Below are positions 60,621 through 64,000 of a stretch of 64,000 nucleotides of DNA, piece after piece. The notes beneath the pieces are model-generated. The model did no database searches. It was not told the origin of the DNA and saw only the letters and a program-made list of their open reading frames with translations. Position 1 is the first letter of the stretch; each line of letters opens with the position of its first letter. The stretch spans positions 62,000,001 to 62,064,000 of the forward strand of contig NC_043010.1 of the NCBI RefSeq assembly GCF_006345805.1, read 5' to 3'. This stretch comes from Octopus sinensis. Lineage: Eukaryota. A program made the translations under genes and the position numbers.

Positions 60621-61889
60621 GTACAATGGTTTAGCATTTTTCAAAAGTGTAGTAAGTCCCACATACGACAGTTTTGCAAAAATATTTCCGACAGAAAATA
60701 TCAAACATGCTTGGAGTCAACGATTTTATGCAGCCAACAAAGTATTATTGTTGAGCTGAAACTGTTGTTAATGAAAAAAAGAAATGGAATGGTGGAACTA
60801 TTTTTTTGTTTTCTGGAAAAGCAACATTTTGGACTTACGACACTTCTGCATAATAGCAACAATATATATATATATACATATTTATATACACACACATAGA
60901 TAGAAAGAAAAAGAATGAGATATCTATATGCCTATGTATAAATAATTTTCTATATCTCAGGATCTCAAAGTTGCTATGGAAACAGAATGAGTTGAAGACT
61001 TAGATTAACAATAATACTAATGCTAACAACAACAACAACAACAACAAATACAATCCCTTAAAATTTCAGGTTGTGAGAATTTGAAATATGAAAACTGTAA
61101 AGGTTGCGCCAGTATTAATTGGTGCATTAGGGACTGCGAGTGAAGCTTTAGACAAACGACCATTTGACAAGAGCGGCTTCCAACAATACAAAACTGACCT
61201 CTAACTCCTATTCTCTCTTTGTTTATTTTCTCTTATTCCTTTCTACTGAAGAGCATACGCTCGAAATGTAAACGACTCTCTCACCTTCCCAAGCATCAAA
61301 CTAATACACCTGTTTGTCTTTTGTTTTTCGGTAAATTTCAACTATAATCTGACAATACACAGATACTGAACAATTGCATGCAAATGTGAGATAGATTTGC
61401 TTGGAAACCAATGCAACACATTTGCATCTTTAGAGTTTATCCTGAACAAGAAAGGATAAACTTTATTGGTCACAAGGGCCCAGGAACTTTATGGCTAATG
61501 AGCTAAATTCTTTTTTTTTTTCTTGTTTCAGCTCAGAGCTGCAGCCATGCTGATGCACCGCCGTTTTGTGTTACACTGTTATTACGAAAAACCTCCTCTA
61601 ATATGTGGCACTTGGTGAAGAATGGAGTTTGATACAGCTACTCTCATTTGTACCTCTTGCCGTTAGGTAGGTTCATCTGGGACTCTCGACAGGAAGATGT
61701 CCAGCTCTGATTTAAAAACCGCTACATCTACTTTGTACAAGTTCCTCAGACTCTTTGGGAGAATATTAAAAAGCTGTGGGCCCTTGAATTTAAAAAAAGA
61801 AACGAATTCAACATAGCGTATACAATTGAAACAGCATTAAATTAAAATAGCCATCTGTGTATCATACTCAATGTATCTTTTATCTTCTA

Positions 61890-62116
61890 CTAGTTTTAGT
61901 CATTAGACTGCGGCCATGCTGGAGCACCACCTAGAAGAATTTTTAGTTGAGTGCAGTGCAAATTTTGTTTTTCTTAGTTTGGTGCTTATTCTATTGGTCT
62001 CTTTTGGCAAACAGCTAAGTTATGAGGACATAAACACACCAACACTAATTGTCAAGTGGCAACGGGGACAGAAACGCAGACATAAAGGCACACATACATA
62101 AATCACTCTCTCTCTT

Positions 62117-62166
<50 letters not shown>

Positions 62167-62330
62167 ATGGGCTTCTTTTCAGTTTCCATCGACCAAATCC
62201 ACTCACAAGACTTTGGCCAACCTGAGGCTATATAGTAGAAGACAATTGCCCAAGGTGCCATGCAGTGGGACTGAACCCAGAACCATGTGGTTGGGAAGCA
62301 AACTTCTGACCACAGCACCATGTCTAGGCA
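61890..62330 (-). mobile_element. SINE family 'B', older copy
   Basis: Diverged reverse complement of the consensus. Confidence 0.75.
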
Positions 62331-62570
62331 TGATACTGTGGCTTTTGTCTGAGTAAGTTAAACATCACTGCAGTGTGACTCACAAGAACACCAGACAGGT
62401 TTTGGCTTTATTGGGTCTTGTCAAGGATGTGTAGCCATTCATTACATGCCCAGATAAAATTCGTCCCCTCCAATAAATAAGAAATAGTCAATAATACATT
62501 CACTGATATTGTAGAAAGCTTGCTGCACTGAATGAAAACTCAGTGTACAAAATTAAAACAGAATTAAATT

Positions 62571-63137
62571 ACATCATTTACATTATTTACATTATTTACA
62601 TTTGATGGATATTTGTCCTCATCTTGTTTGTTGTTAACACAACATATCAGCTGGTACACCCTCCAGCCTTCATCAGGTGTCTTGGGGAAATTTTGAACCT
62701 GGATTCTCGTTCCTATGGTATTTTTCAATGTTGTTATTATTATTATTCAGATCATTGCCTGGAATTGAACTCGGAATCTTGGGGTTAGTAGCCTGCACTC
62801 TTAACCACTATGCCATATGCCTGTGGGTGTAGTGGTTAAGAGCGCAGGCTACTAACTCCAATATTCCAAGTTCAATTTCAGGCAGTGACCTGAGTAATAA
62901 TAATAACAATAATAATAATAATAATAAAAATAATAATAATAATAACAATAATAACAACATTGAAAAATACCTTAGGAATGAGAACCCAGGTTCGAAATTT
63001 CCCCAAGACACCTGATGAAGGCTGGAAGGTATATCAGCCGAAACGTTGTGTTAACAACAAATAAGATGAGGACAAATATCCATCAATTGTAAATAATGTA
63101 AATAATGTACATAATTCCTCATCTCTTAAATAGAGAA
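62571..63137. mobile_element. Head-to-head pair of tRNA-headed, hammerhead-bearing SINE-like units (family 1)
   Basis: Centre at about 62819. Each arm consists of a tRNA head (A box TAGTGGTTAAG, B box GTTCAATT), (TAA)n, a conserved body, the hammerhead, and a (TGTAAATAA)n tail. Confidence 0.85.
63007..63052 (+). ncRNA. Minimal type I hammerhead ribozyme (family 1, intact core)
   Basis: CTGATGA 63012-63018, stem II 63020-63024/63035-63039, GAAA 63040-63043, predicted cleavage after 63047, stem I 63007-63011/63048-63052. Confidence 0.7.
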
Positions 63138-64000
63138 TTAAATGATATTAGCCATCACCTTGCTGACCTATATAACACCTACACGATCACATTTGTCATG
63201 TACTTCTTAACCTATCGCATAACACCCAATCACATAATCGATGGTACAACACCAAGACACAAAATTTATAGTACAACACCTAGTCAATCTATGGAACAAC
63301 ACGTAGGCACAAAAGTTAACTGCGTCTTGTGTCAATGAGAGAGCCCCTGCATGGTTACTTAACTTGCTAGAAATATCAACCAAATTTCCTCAATTTTAAG
63401 ACTCTACCATCTTAAAAAAAGTAGGGAGGTATTGACTAACAATACCCAAAAAGTGTATTAGGACATTGATTGGCAGAACTGGTAAAGCATCGGAAAAGAT
63501 ACTTTGTGGTATTTGTTTTCGTTCTTTATATTCAGTGTTCAAATCAAACTGAGGCCAACTTCGCTTTCATCTGCCTGGGGTTCATAAAACCTCTGGGATT
63601 ATCAGGGTGGAGGGAAGGAGAGTCAATGATACCAACTAGACACCCCACCCCTCAAAATTACTGACGTTATGCCTAAATCAGAATCCTCCCGATTGAGGGG
63701 AATGTTGGCCTGCTCACTTAACCAGTGGGGTTAGATTATTTGAAAGCTAAAAACATTGCAAAGTGCATTGTGACTAGTGATGTATAACAACATCCAATAG
63801 TCTGGTTGATCACATGATCACAGGATATATCTCAGGAGCATAGAGTTGCTATGGAAACAGAGTTGAAGATTAATTAGTTGCAGGGTGACCTACTTACAGC
63901 TGAGTGGACTGAGGCAATGTGAAGTGAAGTGTCTTGCTCAAGAACACAATGTGTGTGTGTGTGTGTGTGTGTAGGTAACAGGAAGAGCATCTAGCCAGAA

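Larger units (their letters stand above)
60185..60862. mobile_element. MITE family 'J' carrying a hammerhead fold-back insertion
   Basis: TA|TCGTTGCTATTATG...CATAATAGCAACAA|TA; about 280 bp longer than the 35.5-kb copy. Confidence 0.8.

Noticed and set aside
62745-62892. Pair of functional tRNA genes
   Set aside because: A/B boxes are present but there is no coherent acceptor or anticodon stem, and each head continues into a repeat body. These are SINE heads; the same applies to 18065, 19587, 25484 and 40011.

Overview
Animal genomic DNA, most likely octopus. This is inferred from extreme (TA)n/(CA)n/(GATA)n/(CAT)n microsatellite load, several high-copy tRNA-headed SINE families and a C2H2 zinc-finger gene. 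One 100-N gap lies at 12971-13070. The only convincing host gene is a 788-codon uninterrupted C2H2 zinc-finger ORF (49612-51978, minus) with six fingers and an unusual Cys/Ser-rich plus poly-His C-terminus. The rest is a transposon graveyard: a CR1/L2-group LINE with a Myb/SANT-like ORF1 N-terminus, two RTE remnants and many RTE 3' ends, two R4/Dong-type RLE fragments, a Helitron fragment, a mariner remnant with nested piggyBac-like MITE and SINE insertions, TA- and TTAA-flanked MITEs, and at least four SINE families. The main hidden signal is a set of fold-back (inverted-arm) elements whose arms carry type I hammerhead ribozyme motifs reading outward from the centre. There are at least three unrelated hammerhead sequence families (2.8/60.4/62.8 kb; 5.4 kb; 10.0/17.0 kb). 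One family carries a tRNA-derived Pol III head, i.e. a candidate hammerhead-bearing, Penelope-dependent SINE/retrozyme system. All folds and translations were done by eye; family names come from recalled consensus features, not database searches. Most ORFs in the supplied track are microsatellite artefacts.
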